Shown in pieces: positions 29,110-39,346 of a stretch of DNA of 64,000 bases. The stretch is taken from NCBI GenBank assembly GCA_964349405.1, contig CAYGGY010000003.1, forward strand, positions 63,908-127,907. Direction: 5' to 3'. The translations under genes were made by a program, and so were the position numbers. Every line of letters begins with the position of its first letter. Position 1 is the stretch's first letter. This stretch comes from an uncultured Ohtaekwangia sp. GTDB taxonomy: Bacteria > Bacteroidota > Bacteroidia > Cytophagales > Cyclobacteriaceae. The notes under the pieces were generated by a model. The model was not told the origin of the DNA. It made no database searches and saw only the letters and a list, made by a program, of their open reading frames with translations.

Positions 29110-29155
29110 AGCTTTGAGCTACGAGCAAACGCTCACAACTCAAAGCTCGTGGCTT
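29110..29155. repeat. AGCT-type heptamer inverted repeat
   Basis: AGCTTTG AGCTACG AGC aaac GCTCACA ACTCAAA GCTCGTG GCTT; related to 21781-21836 and 56864-56895. Confidence 0.7.
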
Positions 29156-29184
29156 ATGGATTAAGGGAAGTCGTAACATTAATC

Positions 29185-30810
29185 CTACATCTTACTTCTA
29201 TTCAGCTCAGGAATGCGATCGAAGAGTTTGATTGCTTGCTGAAGCACTTCGTTGGTTTCATTGAAGATAGGATAGAACGCTTCGTTGTTCCATACATTGC
29301 GGGCTACTTCTGCTTTAAGATATATCTTAAAAAGTCTCTTGTTTTTCAATAAGTCCTTTCCATCAGACTCAATTTTGTTTTTACGCCCCATTTCGATAAT
29401 GTCATTAATCATGGATTGCGGAACCTCAAAATTTTGAAGATAGTCGGGATAACCTTTTTCCTTCAGCGCGTTCTTATTTTCATGAGCATAGCCAAAAGCA
29501 TATTCACGCAATATATTGGCGTTGAAAAGTTGATTAAAATACCGGCTGTTGCTGGCAGTATCCAGGGGTACAAAATAATCGGGCATGATGCCACCGCCAC
29601 CATACACAGAGCGACCACTCATCGTTTGAAACTTTAGAGAATCATTAAAATGAATACTATCCGCAGAAAAAAACTCACCATTTTTATAGCGATGTACTAA
29701 ATCTTTATCGTACTCATCCATATTGTTGTAAGGCTTTTGAATAGAACGACCACTGGGGGTGTAATATCGGGAGATAGTTAACCGAACTTCTGATCCATCA
29801 TTTAAATCAAATGGTCGCTGCACTAATCCTTTGCCGTACGACCTACGACCAACCACTAAAGCGCGATCATTATCCTGCAGGGCACCAGCAACAATTTCTG
29901 AAGCCGAAGCACTACCTTCATTTACCAATACGATAAGATCACCTTGTTCAAATTCCCCTTGCTCAGTAGCAAAAGCATTTTCATCATATTTGGATTTTTG
30001 TCCTTTCGTAAAAACAATCCTTTCCCCTTTCGGTAGAAACTCATCAGCGATGTTAATGGCCTGATCCATATACCCACCTGGGTTTCCTTGAAGGTCTAGA
30101 ATCAATTTCTTCATTCCTTCTTTTTGCAGTTTACTCATCGCATCCTTCACTTCGGAGTAAGTGGTTTGCGCAAAACGGCTTACTTTAATGTATCCGATTT
30201 CCGGCTCAAGCATATAAGAGGCATCTACGGAAAACTGGGGTATTTTATCACGTACAATGTTAAACACAATGGGTTTACTAACATTTTTTCTTAGTACTTC
30301 AATGATAACCTCTGTGCCTTTGGGTCCTTTTAGGTGTGTTTGCACATCGCGTGTAGACAGTCCGATACCGGCAATATTTTTATCATTTACTTTGATAATC
30401 TTGTCACCCGACCTCAACCCCACGCTTTCGGATGGTCCACCACTGAGTGCAGCCACCACCACGAGGGTGTCATGGAAAATATTGAATTCAATACCAATTC
30501 CTTCAAAATTGCCTCGGAGATCTTCGTTTGCTTCTACAATATCTTTAGCTGATATATAAGACGAGTGTGGATCAAGTTTTCCAAGCATATGTTCAATGGC
30601 ATCCTCCACTATCATCTCTGTATTGGCCGTATCTACATATTCGTTCTTAATCAGGCTTAGTACCTCTCTCATTTTCTGAACCTCTTCACCCACATCGCCA
30701 GAACCACTTTTATTGGTCAGGCTGGCTCCAATCAATACTCCGGCTGCCAGGCCTATAAACAAAATAAGTGGCAAACCGATCTGGTAATTGGAATTCTTAT
30801 GTTCCTCCAT
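29185..30810 (-). CDS. S41-family carboxy-terminal processing protease
   Basis: N-terminal TM helix, LDPHS, PDZ domain (GIGI), DLQGNPGG, ASASEIV, GKGLVQ, TISRYYTPSG. Confidence 0.93.
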   Translation of the reverse strand: MEEHKNSNYQIGLPLILFIGLAAGVLIGASLTNKSGSGDVGEEVQKMREVLSLIKNEYVDTANTEMIVEDAIEHMLGKLDPHSSYISAKDIVEANEDLRGNFEGIGIEFNIFHDTLVVVAALSGGPSESVGLRSGDKIIKVNDKNIAGIGLSTRDVQTHLKGPKGTEVIIEVLRKNVSKPIVFNIVRDKIPQFSVDASYMLEPEIGYIKVSRFAQTTYSEVKDAMSKLQKEGMKKLILDLQGNPGGYMDQAINIADEFLPKGERIVFTKGQKSKYDENAFATEQGEFEQGDLIVLVNEGSASASEIVAGALQDNDRALVVGRRSYGKGLVQRPFDLNDGSEVRLTISRYYTPSGRSIQKPYNNMDEYDKDLVHRYKNGEFFSADSIHFNDSLKFQTMSGRSVYGGGGIMPDYFVPLDTASNSRYFNQLFNANILREYAFGYAHENKNALKEKGYPDYLQNFEVPQSMINDIIEMGRKNKIESDGKDLLKNKRLFKIYLKAEVARNVWNNEAFYPIFNETNEVLQQAIKLFDRIPELNRSKM

Positions 30811-30907
30811 AGTCTATCTTTGTATTAGATAAGATGATATAACGAAACGGCAAATTAATTGTTAGGGTTAGATTTTTGATAAAAGGGGATTACTATCTTT
30901 ACTTTTC

Positions 30908-31666
30908 ATGGAAAAAGGAACGTTTAAGTACAGAAGAATTGCAGAATTGGTGGATCAGGACAACCTGCGGGCTCATGTACTGTATTCCTTCGGTATTAAG
31001 TTTTTTGAATTTCCAGAGCATACACTGGAGCAGGTTTGTCACGAAAAGGGTCTATTCGTGGATGCGGTAGTAAAAGAACTGGAATCGCCTGGCGAAAACT
31101 ACAAGGAACTTGATCTTCCTTTAATGAGTTACCCCATTGATTTGATCATGGAGTATCTTAAGCACGCGCACTTTCTGTTTGTAAAGCATAAACTGCCTTA
31201 TATCGGCAGATTGGTTGAAAGTTTTAAGGCCAATCATGAAGAGTATAAAACAGTAGAGAAAGACTTGAAAACACTTTTTCCGTTGTTTTTGGAAGATTTT
31301 ATACATCACATTTACGAAGAGGAAGATACGCTGTTCGAATACATCCGATTGCTTGAGAAAGCAGTAAAAGGGAGTTACAATCCCTCGTTGCTCTACCAGA
31401 TGATAGAAAAGCACTCATTACAAAAATGTGCTATGGAACATGAAGCTCATGACGATGAGATGCAGGGTATTCGAAGGATTACAAAAAATTATCTCATTAT
31501 AACCAATGCGCCCTTACATGTGAAGGTGATTTATTCGGAGCTTAAGTCTTTTGAAAGAGTTCTTCAGGAGCATGCTCGCATTGAGAATGAAATATTATTT
31601 CCAAAAGCGATGGCTTTGGAAAGCGAGGTGAAAAAGAAATTTTTTGAGAGAGCCCGCTATAACTGA
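30908..31666 (+). CDS. Ric/ScdA-like di-iron (hemerythrin-fold) iron-sulfur cluster repair protein
   Basis: ScdA-like N-terminus (GIKF...TLEQVC), HAH...H, HIYEEE..LF, EHE.H and HARIENEILFP hemerythrin motifs. Confidence 0.75.
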   Translation: MEKGTFKYRRIAELVDQDNLRAHVLYSFGIKFFEFPEHTLEQVCHEKGLFVDAVVKELESPGENYKELDLPLMSYPIDLIMEYLKHAHFLFVKHKLPYIGRLVESFKANHEEYKTVEKDLKTLFPLFLEDFIHHIYEEEDTLFEYIRLLEKAVKGSYNPSLLYQMIEKHSLQKCAMEHEAHDDEMQGIRRITKNYLIITNAPLHVKVIYSELKSFERVLQEHARIENEILFPKAMALESEVKKKFFERARYN

Positions 31667-31692
31667 TCAACTTTTACAATCAAACATTTTTA

Positions 31693-32103
31693 ATGGGCAG
31701 AATTCTTGCAATTGATTACGGATTGAAACGCACTGGGCTGGCTGTCACTGATCCTTTGCGAATAATTGCCACGGCATTGGACATGGTAGAAACGCCAAAG
31801 CTCATCGAATACCTAAAAAACTATTTTCAAAAAGAAGAGGTTGAGCAAGTTATCATTGGCTTGCCAAAGCGCCTAAACAATACAGACTCAGAGATTGCTC
31901 CAGCTGTGCGCACGTTTATCGAAACATTTAAAAGTAAATTTCCTGAGAATCCCATTCAAACAGTGGACGAACGATTTACCAGCTCGATGGCTCAACAGGC
32001 TATGATTGCGGGAGGTATGAAAAAGAAAGACCGCCAGGTGAAAGGTAATGTAGATAAGATAAGTGCAGTGCTCATTCTGCAATCCTACATGCAGGGGCTG
32101 TAG
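31693..32103 (+). CDS. ruvX: Holliday junction resolvase-like / pre-16S rRNA nuclease YqgF
   Basis: ILAIDYGLKRTGLA, DERFTS, VDKISAVLILQSY. Confidence 0.95.
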   Translation: MGRILAIDYGLKRTGLAVTDPLRIIATALDMVETPKLIEYLKNYFQKEEVEQVIIGLPKRLNNTDSEIAPAVRTFIETFKSKFPENPIQTVDERFTSSMAQQAMIAGGMKKKDRQVKGNVDKISAVLILQSYMQGL

Positions 32104-32174
32104 TCGGTTGAGTTTCTGGTATCACAAAACTTTATTAGAAATGCAGAGCGCTTAAAAATCGGGCGAATATTGAT

Positions 32175-32182
32175 TATTTTTG
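32175..32182 (+). promoter_or_regulatory. -7 promoter element upstream of def
   Basis: TATTTTTG matches TAnnTTTG, 27 nt before the preferred def start. Confidence 0.4.
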
Positions 32183-32209
32183 CATTTCGATTTCATTATT
32201 GAGAAAATC

Positions 32210-32764
32210 ATGATTTATCCTATAGTAATGTATGGCGATGCTGTGTTGCGAAAACGCGCAAAGGACATCCAGGAAGGAACCGATTTAAAGACGTTGATAG
32301 CAGATATGTATGAAACCATGCATGGTGCTCACGGAATTGGTTTAGCCGCACCACAGATTGGCAAAAGCGTACGTCTTTTTGTTGTTGATGGCACGACTCT
32401 CGAAGAAGAGCCAACACTCAAGGATTTTAAGCAGGCATTTATCAATCCTGTGATTATAAAAGAAACAGGTACCGAGTGGGAATTTGAGGAAGGATGTTTG
32501 AGCATCCCTAATATCCGGGAGGATGTTTCCCGTAAGGAAAAAATCAAGTTGAAGTATTTTGATGAAAACTGGCAGCCGAAGGAAGAGGAATTTAGTGGGA
32601 TGAAGGCACGCATCATTCAGCATGAATATGATCACATCGAAGGCAAGTTGTTTATCGATTATCTGACTCCGCTAAAAAAGAGAATGCTTAAAGGTAAGCT
32701 TACCAATATCAGCAAGGGAGATGTAGATACGGAATATAGGATTTTGGCTCCATTGAGGAAATAA
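32210..32764 (+). CDS. def: Peptide deformylase
   Basis: GIGLAAPQIG, EGCLS, QHEYDH. ATG at 32210 is preferred. Confidence 0.97.
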   Translation: MIYPIVMYGDAVLRKRAKDIQEGTDLKTLIADMYETMHGAHGIGLAAPQIGKSVRLFVVDGTTLEEEPTLKDFKQAFINPVIIKETGTEWEFEEGCLSIPNIREDVSRKEKIKLKYFDENWQPKEEEFSGMKARIIQHEYDHIEGKLFIDYLTPLKKRMLKGKLTNISKGDVDTEYRILAPLRK

Positions 32765-32791
32765 TTCGAAATATTTTTTGAATTTGAAATT

Positions 32792-33934
32792 TTGAATATA
32801 ATATCACGTCTACCGGAAGTTGGCACTTCCATATTCACCGTTATGTCGCGTATGGCGCTTGAACATGGCGCTATCAACCTTTCTCAAGGGTTCCCCGATT
32901 TTCCTGTATCGCAGGAGTTGATAGAACTCATTTATAAAAACATGAAAGAGGGGCACAATCAATATGCGCCCATGCCGGGTGTGCCAGCACTCAGGAAAGC
33001 AATTGCGGAGGTTGTTGAAACAACCTATAACAGGCTAACGGATTTCGAAACGGAAGTTACGATTACTGCCGGTGGCACGGAAGCACTTTTTTCCACCATA
33101 GCGGCTTTGGTAAAAGAAGGTGATGAAGTAATTGTATTCGATCCGGCCTATGATTCCTATGATCCTTCGATTCGCTTGAACGGTGGCAGCCCCATACACA
33201 TAAAATTGAAGCCACCTCATTTTTCAATTGACTGGCAAGAAGTTCGCGAAAAGATTACATCACGCACCAAAATGATTATGATCAACACTCCGCACAATCC
33301 TACCGGAACGGTGATGGAGGAATCGGATCTGAAATCCCTTGAGAAGCTGGCACTTGAATTTGGATTGATTGTGCTCAGCGATGAAGTGTATGAACGTATC
33401 ATCTTTGATGGCAAAGAACATCAGAGTGTGCTTAAATACCCTGCGCTATCTTCTCAAAGTGTGGCCGTGTTTTCATTTGGCAAAACATTTCACGCAACGG
33501 GTTGGAAATTAGGTTACACCGTTGCCCCAGAAATTCTCACTAGGGAAATACGTAAAGCACATCAGTTTATTACGTTTAGCGTGAATACCCCTGTGCAACT
33601 TGCTCTGGCAGAATATCTGACCAATCCTGATAATTATCTCCACCTGGGAGCATTTTATCAGCAAAAGCGTGATTTTTTTCTCGCTCAGATAAAAGGATCT
33701 TCACTTAAACCGCTGCCATCTTACGGAAGCTATTTTCAGCTTTTGTCTTATGATTCTGTTTCGGAATTGAAGGAAGCAGAAATGGCAGAATGGATGACGA
33801 AGGAGAAAAAACTGGCCCCTATACCGGTATCGGCCTTTTATCAGGAAAAAGATGATCATAAGCTTTTGAGGTTTTGTTTTGCTAAAGGCGAGGAAACACT
33901 CGCTAAGGCTGGAACCATTCTGCGAAAACTTTAA
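32792..33934 (+). CDS. PLP-dependent methionine aminotransferase (YbdL-like, class I/II)
   Basis: INLSQGFPDF, NTPHNPTG, SDEVYE, SFGKTFHATGWK; TTG start. Confidence 0.9.
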   Translation: MNIISRLPEVGTSIFTVMSRMALEHGAINLSQGFPDFPVSQELIELIYKNMKEGHNQYAPMPGVPALRKAIAEVVETTYNRLTDFETEVTITAGGTEALFSTIAALVKEGDEVIVFDPAYDSYDPSIRLNGGSPIHIKLKPPHFSIDWQEVREKITSRTKMIMINTPHNPTGTVMEESDLKSLEKLALEFGLIVLSDEVYERIIFDGKEHQSVLKYPALSSQSVAVFSFGKTFHATGWKLGYTVAPEILTREIRKAHQFITFSVNTPVQLALAEYLTNPDNYLHLGAFYQQKRDFFLAQIKGSSLKPLPSYGSYFQLLSYDSVSELKEAEMAEWMTKEKKLAPIPVSAFYQEKDDHKLLRFCFAKGEETLAKAGTILRKL

Positions 33935-34005
33935 GGCTTTTATTTCTTCAAGGGTTCAATATTTGCGATGGTATTGCTTTCTTTGTAGTCCGTTTTACGG
34001 TCATT

Positions 34006-34842
34006 ATGCAGGATTTAAAAATCACCATTATTCAATCAGATCTTCATTGGGAAGATATTGGAGCCAACCTGGCCATGTTTGAAGAGAAAATATGGCAGAT
34101 TGGTGGGGCTACGGATGTGATTGTATTGCCCGAAATGTTTACTACCGGTTTCACCATGAATGCTCCCAAACTGGCCGAGCACATGAATATGCGCACATTC
34201 AAGTGGATGAAGCAGATGGCAGATCAAACCGGAGCGTTGATTTTAGGAAGTTTTATTGCCAACGTGCACGATCGGTATTATAACCGATTGTTGTGGATGG
34301 AACCAGGAGGAAATTTCAAGACGTACGATAAACGCCATTTATTCCGAATGGCGGAGGAAAATCAAGTATATTCTCCGGGCGAAAGTCTTTTGATAGGCCA
34401 TTGGAAAGGGTGGAGGATTTGTCCTTTGATATGCTATGATTTGCGTTTTCCGGTATGGAGCCGCAACCAATGGAATCCTTCTTTGAAGAAACCTACCTAT
34501 GATCTCCTGATTTATGTGGCCAACTGGCCAATGGTAAGATCTTCGGCATGGGAGACCTTGCTCAAAGCGAGAGCGATCGAAAATCTCAGTTATACCATTG
34601 GTGTGAATAGGGTTGGTATGGATGGCAATGGTATCGAGTATAATGGGCACTCAGCCTTTATCGGCCCGAAAGGAGATTCGTTCTTTTCGGTGGAGGGTGT
34701 AGAGGCGATGAAGACGTTATCTTTGAATGCGCACGCACTTCAATCGTATCGTGATAAGTTTCCTGCTTTTTTAGATGCCGATGATTTCACTATTGAAGCA
34801 GAGGCGTATGAGGAGCGTGATCACATTCAGGGATTAAGCTAA
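34006..34842 (+). CDS. Carbon-nitrogen hydrolase / omega-amidase (YafV-like)
   Basis: Nitrilase triad contexts LPEMF, YDKRHL, ICYDLRFP. The ybdL-yafV pairing is consistent with methionine salvage/amidase function. Confidence 0.9.
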   Translation: MQDLKITIIQSDLHWEDIGANLAMFEEKIWQIGGATDVIVLPEMFTTGFTMNAPKLAEHMNMRTFKWMKQMADQTGALILGSFIANVHDRYYNRLLWMEPGGNFKTYDKRHLFRMAEENQVYSPGESLLIGHWKGWRICPLICYDLRFPVWSRNQWNPSLKKPTYDLLIYVANWPMVRSSAWETLLKARAIENLSYTIGVNRVGMDGNGIEYNGHSAFIGPKGDSFFSVEGVEAMKTLSLNAHALQSYRDKFPAFLDADDFTIEAEAYEERDHIQGLS

Positions 34843-35226
34843 CGCGAAAACTTCTATCCATTTCTTAATTATTTCAGGATCATCTTCCTTTTTAAAACGA
34901 TCATTGAGTGTTCGTAATAATTTTTCTGCCTGCAAATGGTTGCCGGCAAGAACAACCGTGTGAATTAGTTGCTCCTTTCGAAGCAGATGATTTAATAATT
35001 TCAGCGTTGATCCGATTGATTCATCAGGTTGCGCCTGCACCAAAATAAAAATCTGATTCACTTTATCGCAGAGTTTAATTACTAGATCCACAATAGAGTG
35101 TTCCGTCTGATTGTCAATTTCGGCTCCAATCACATCGCTCGAAAGAGAGGAAGCAAACGATAGCAATGGCTTTTCGTAGCCAGATTCTTGCCATTTGCGA
35201 AGTTCAAGGTGAAGGAAGAGTTTCAT
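34834..35226 (-). CDS. Hypothetical protein (130 aa)
   Basis: ATG-started ORF filling the gap between the amidase and purH; alternating beta/alpha pattern; no recognised motif. Confidence 0.6.
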   Translation of the reverse strand: MKLFLHLELRKWQESGYEKPLLSFASSLSSDVIGAEIDNQTEHSIVDLVIKLCDKVNQIFILVQAQPDESIGSTLKLLNHLLRKEQLIHTVVLAGNHLQAEKLLRTLNDRFKKEDDPEIIKKWIEVFALA

Positions 35227-35346
35227 ATTTGCAGTACGTCAGGGCACAAAGATCACTATGTTAAATTCAACAGAAATGTTTTTACGTTCGCAGCGTCTTT
35301 GCGTGCAAGATATAATTCCTGCATTTTTGCACCTCAATTTACTACC

Positions 35347-36873
35347 ATGTCTTCCAAAAAAATATCCCGCGCACTTGTATCCGTATATTACAAGGATAAC
35401 CTTGAACCCATCATTCACCTGCTGGCCAAGCAAGGAGTAGAGTTTGTGTCTACCGGTGGCACGCAGGAATTTATTGAGAAACTTGGCTACCCAGTGATAC
35501 CTGTTGAGAAATTAACTGGCTATCCCTCCATCTTTGGAGGTCGGGTTAAAACACTTCATCCGGCTGTTTTTGGGGGAATCCTTTATAGACGCGATGATGC
35601 TGGTGATTTAAAACAAGCACGCGAGTTTAATATCTCTGCAATTGATTTAGTGATTGTTGATTTATATCCATTCGAAGAAACAGTGGCCAAAGGTGGTACT
35701 GATGATGAAATAGTTGAGAAAATTGATATCGGTGGCATTTCGCTTATTCGCGGAGCTGCCAAAAATTTCAATGATGTCTTGATTGTGTCTGAACGTACGC
35801 AATACGAGGAATTGCTGGAGTTGCTGAAAACGAAGAACGGATCATCAGAGATGACCGACAGAAAACGATTTGCGGCCAAGGCGTTTGATGTAACCTCTCA
35901 TTATGACGCTGCCATCTTTAGTTATTTTAACCAGGAACAAAGCATTTCAAGTTTCAAGGCCAGTATTCAAAAAGGTAAAGTTTTACGATATGGAGAAAAC
36001 CCACATCAACAGGGAGTTTTCTTTGGTGATCTTGAAAAACTTTTTGATCAACTTAATGGTAAAGAGCTTTCTTATAATAATCTGGTTGATGTGGATGCGG
36101 CTATCAATCTTGTAAAGGAGTTTGATGACGAAACTGCTTTTGTAATCATTAAACACACCAACGCGTGCGGGGTGGCTACAGGTGCACATGTGAAAGAAGC
36201 ATATCTGAAGGCATTTCAGGCCGATACAATTTCAGCATTCGGTGGCGTACTGGCATCGAACCAACAAATTGATTTGGCGGCAGCAGAAGAAATAAACAAG
36301 TTGTTTTTTGAGATTTTGATTGCTCCCGACTTTGATTCGGATGCACTAGCCTTATTAAAATCAAAAAAGAACAGAATCCTACTCAAGCAAAAACAAGCGC
36401 TAACAGCAAAAAAACAATTCAAGAGTTTATTAAATGGAGTAATTGAGCAGGACCTGGATCTAAAAACAGATTCAAAAGAAGACCTGAAACAGGTAACTAA
36501 ACTTTCTGCGTCACCCGAAGAAATTGAGGCGTTACTCTTCGCCAGTAAAATTTGTAAGCACACCAAATCGAACACCATCATTCTGGCTACCAATGGTCAG
36601 CTTCTGGCCAGCGGAGTTGGGCAAACCAGTCGTGTGGATGCATTGAAGCAGGCGATCGAGAAGGCGGGTGCATTTGGATTTGAACTAAAGGGAGCAGTGA
36701 TGGCATCCGATGCTTTCTTCCCCTTTCCGGATTGTGTAGAGATCGCTCATCAACATGGAATAAGCGCTGTGATTCAACCGGGCGGATCAATCAAAGACCA
36801 AGATTCCATCGACTTTTGTGATCGCCACAAGATGGCGATGGTCTTCACGGGCACGCGGCACTTCAAGCACTAG
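35347..36873 (+). CDS. purH: Bifunctional AICAR transformylase / IMP cyclohydrolase
   Basis: RALVSVYYK, GGRVKTLHP, IDIGGISL, RYGENPHQ, IKHTNACG, GVGQTSRV, ASDAFFPF, TGTRHFKH. ATG at 35347. Confidence 0.97.
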   Translation: MSSKKISRALVSVYYKDNLEPIIHLLAKQGVEFVSTGGTQEFIEKLGYPVIPVEKLTGYPSIFGGRVKTLHPAVFGGILYRRDDAGDLKQAREFNISAIDLVIVDLYPFEETVAKGGTDDEIVEKIDIGGISLIRGAAKNFNDVLIVSERTQYEELLELLKTKNGSSEMTDRKRFAAKAFDVTSHYDAAIFSYFNQEQSISSFKASIQKGKVLRYGENPHQQGVFFGDLEKLFDQLNGKELSYNNLVDVDAAINLVKEFDDETAFVIIKHTNACGVATGAHVKEAYLKAFQADTISAFGGVLASNQQIDLAAAEEINKLFFEILIAPDFDSDALALLKSKKNRILLKQKQALTAKKQFKSLLNGVIEQDLDLKTDSKEDLKQVTKLSASPEEIEALLFASKICKHTKSNTIILATNGQLLASGVGQTSRVDALKQAIEKAGAFGFELKGAVMASDAFFPFPDCVEIAHQHGISAVIQPGGSIKDQDSIDFCDRHKMAMVFTGTRHFKH

Positions 36874-36965
36874 TGACGTGTAAGTTTTTCAATTGAATTG
36901 CCTTAAAAATCCACAGAATATTTCTGTAATTTCGTGTTTTATTAACTTTACCGAGGGAGTAACGA

Positions 36966-37991
36966 ATGGGACTTTTTGATTTCTTTACCAGTGACATTGC
37001 GATCGACCTGGGAACTGCCAATACACTGATTATTCACAAAGATAAAGTCGTTGTAGATGAGCCATCCATCATTGCTTTAGATCGCACTACCGGTAAAGTG
37101 CTTGCTATCGGTCGCGAGGCTATGCAAATGCATGAGAAGACTCACGATAATATAAAGACAATTCGTCCTTTAAAGGAAGGTGTAATTGCTGACTTCCATG
37201 CTGCCGAGATGATGATTCGTGGTATGATCAAGATGATCGACACCGGTCGCAGACTTTTTCCGCCTTCTTTACGCATGGTAATCTGTATCCCTTCAGCGAT
37301 TACCGAAGTAGAAAAACGTGCTGTGCGCGACTCGGCTGAACATGCGAATGCAAAAGAAGTGTACATGATTCATGAGCCAATTGCAGCTGCGATTGGAATT
37401 GGAATTGATATTGAAGAACCGATCGGCAACATGATTGTTGATATCGGAGGAGGAACCACCGACATTGCCGTGATCGCACTTTCTGGAATTGTATGTGATC
37501 AATCGATACGCATAGCCGGAGATACGTTTAATCGTGATATTCTCGATTACATGCGCAGACAACACAATCTGTTGATTGGTGAGCGTTCTGCGGAACGTGT
37601 AAAAATAGAAGTAGGATCGGCATTAACCGAACTAGATGATGGCCCTGATGATTATGAAATTCGTGGTCGTGATTTAATGACGGGGATCCCAAAGACCATT
37701 AAGATTTCTTACTCAGAGGTAGCCTTTGCGCTTGACAAATCTATTTCAAAATTAGAAGAAGCCGTGCTCAAGGCGCTTGAACTTTCACCTCCTGAACTTT
37801 CAGCGGATATTTATGAGCAAGGAATATATCTGACGGGTGGGGGAGCTATGCTGCGGGGCCTGGACAAACGTCTTTCACTTAAAACAAAATTGCCCATTCA
37901 TGTGGCGGATGATCCATTGAGAGCCGTTGTTAGAGGAACTGGGGCTGCCTTAAAGAATCTGGATAAATACAGAAAGGTTTTGATGACTTGA
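36966..37991 (+). CDS. mreB: Rod shape-determining protein MreB
   Basis: AIDLGTANT, EPIAAAIG, DIGGGTT, LTGGGAML; first gene of the mre operon. Confidence 0.97.
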   Translation: MGLFDFFTSDIAIDLGTANTLIIHKDKVVVDEPSIIALDRTTGKVLAIGREAMQMHEKTHDNIKTIRPLKEGVIADFHAAEMMIRGMIKMIDTGRRLFPPSLRMVICIPSAITEVEKRAVRDSAEHANAKEVYMIHEPIAAAIGIGIDIEEPIGNMIVDIGGGTTDIAVIALSGIVCDQSIRIAGDTFNRDILDYMRRQHNLLIGERSAERVKIEVGSALTELDDGPDDYEIRGRDLMTGIPKTIKISYSEVAFALDKSISKLEEAVLKALELSPPELSADIYEQGIYLTGGGAMLRGLDKRLSLKTKLPIHVADDPLRAVVRGTGAALKNLDKYRKVLMT

Positions 37992-37994
37992 TGA

Positions 37995-38834
37995 ATGGAG
38001 AGGCTCTTAAAGTTTATTTACGAGTATCGCGCTTTTATTACGTTTTTATTTCTTGAGTTGACTTGTGCCTGGTTGATCGTGGAAAACAATCAATTTCAGA
38101 GTTCGGTTTATTTTAATTCCTCAAACCGAATGGCAGCGAATGTCCTGGGGTTTTCTCAAAGTGTAAGTGAATATTTTTCACTGCGCACCATCAATCGAGA
38201 TTTGGCTGAGGAAAATGCGATTTTACGCACTGAACTGGAACATCGCAACCAACGAATATTTGCTGAACAGATTCCTGATCTGAATGATACATTAATCCGA
38301 AATCGTTTTGAATATCTAAGTGCCAAAGTGGTGTCTAATTCAACACGGTTTTATAAGAATTATATCACTGTTGATAAAGGCTCGCAGGATGGGGTTGTGC
38401 AGGGAATGGCCGCAATTAGTTCGTCTGGTGTGGTAGGGAAAGTGAAGTCTGTATCCAATCATTTCTCTGTATTGATATCTTTATTGCATACCGATGAGAT
38501 GGTGTCCTGTGTGGTGAAACATAAAGATTATTTTGGAACTGCCCAATGGGATGGTGCCGATGCCCGTTTTACAAATCTTCATTATATTCCTCGTCACGCG
38601 AACCCTTCTGTAGGCGATACTGTTGTTACTTCCGGATATAATTCAATTTTTCCTAGCGATGTATTGGTAGGGGTGATACGAAGTGCGGCATTAGATGAGG
38701 ACTCTCCTTTTTGGGACATACAGGTTACCTTGGCACAAGACTTCGGTAAGTTGTCATTTGTAGAATTAATAAAGAGTAATCTGAAAAATGAAAGAGATTC
38801 TTTAGAACATATAACGTTTGATGAAATACGATGA
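37995..38834 (+). CDS. mreC: Rod shape-determining protein MreC
   Basis: N-terminal TM helix, coiled coil LAEENAILR, AKVVSNS, GVVGKV, GDTVVTSG. Confidence 0.93.
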   Translation: MERLLKFIYEYRAFITFLFLELTCAWLIVENNQFQSSVYFNSSNRMAANVLGFSQSVSEYFSLRTINRDLAEENAILRTELEHRNQRIFAEQIPDLNDTLIRNRFEYLSAKVVSNSTRFYKNYITVDKGSQDGVVQGMAAISSSGVVGKVKSVSNHFSVLISLLHTDEMVSCVVKHKDYFGTAQWDGADARFTNLHYIPRHANPSVGDTVVTSGYNSIFPSDVLVGVIRSAALDEDSPFWDIQVTLAQDFGKLSFVELIKSNLKNERDSLEHITFDEIR

Positions 38835-39346
38835 TCAGGTCAGGAATTGTTCAGGTTATTTTATTTATTGTGTACGTGCTGGTACAGGTTGTGCTGCTGA
38901 AGAACCTGGTGTTGTTTGATTCTGCCTTTTGTTTTTTATATGTGGCGTTTATTCTGTTACTGCCCTTTGAACTAAGCACCGTGTTTATTGTTCTGATTGG
39001 GTTTTTGGTTGGCTTTACGATCGATATATTTTATAGCAGTATGGGGCTTCATGCCTTTGCCAGTGTCTTGATGGGTTATTTACGCAACTATTGGTTATCT
39101 GTTATTACACCACAAGGAGGATATGATGTAGGGAACTCACCTACGATAGCTTCCAATGGTGTGCAGTGGTTTTTAGTATATGCCATACCACTGGTTTTTA
39201 TACATCATTTTGTGTTATTCTTTCTGGAAGCTTCCGGTTTTGACATGTTCTGGTTTACCATGTTGAAAATTATGGGTAGCCTTATGTTTACGATGATCGT
39301 GATTTTCTTTTTACAATTACTGGTGCCGCAGCGTAGAAAAATATGA
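38831..39346 (+). CDS. mreD: Rod shape-determining protein MreD
   Basis: Hydrophobic 171-aa protein with GFTIDIF...GLHA, between mreC and pbp2. Confidence 0.88.
   Translation: MIRSGIVQVILFIVYVLVQVVLLKNLVLFDSAFCFLYVAFILLLPFELSTVFIVLIGFLVGFTIDIFYSSMGLHAFASVLMGYLRNYWLSVITPQGGYDVGNSPTIASNGVQWFLVYAIPLVFIHHFVLFFLEASGFDMFWFTMLKIMGSLMFTMIVIFFLQLLVPQRRKI

Noticed and set aside
29098-29352. 84-aa plus-strand ORF crossing the AGCT repeat
   Set aside because: Antisense to the protease 3' end, partly repeat-derived, and without a recognisable motif.
35188-35346. Apparent 53-aa N-terminal extension of PurH
   Set aside because: It overlaps the divergent hypothetical gene; homology begins at MSSKKISRALVSV (35347).
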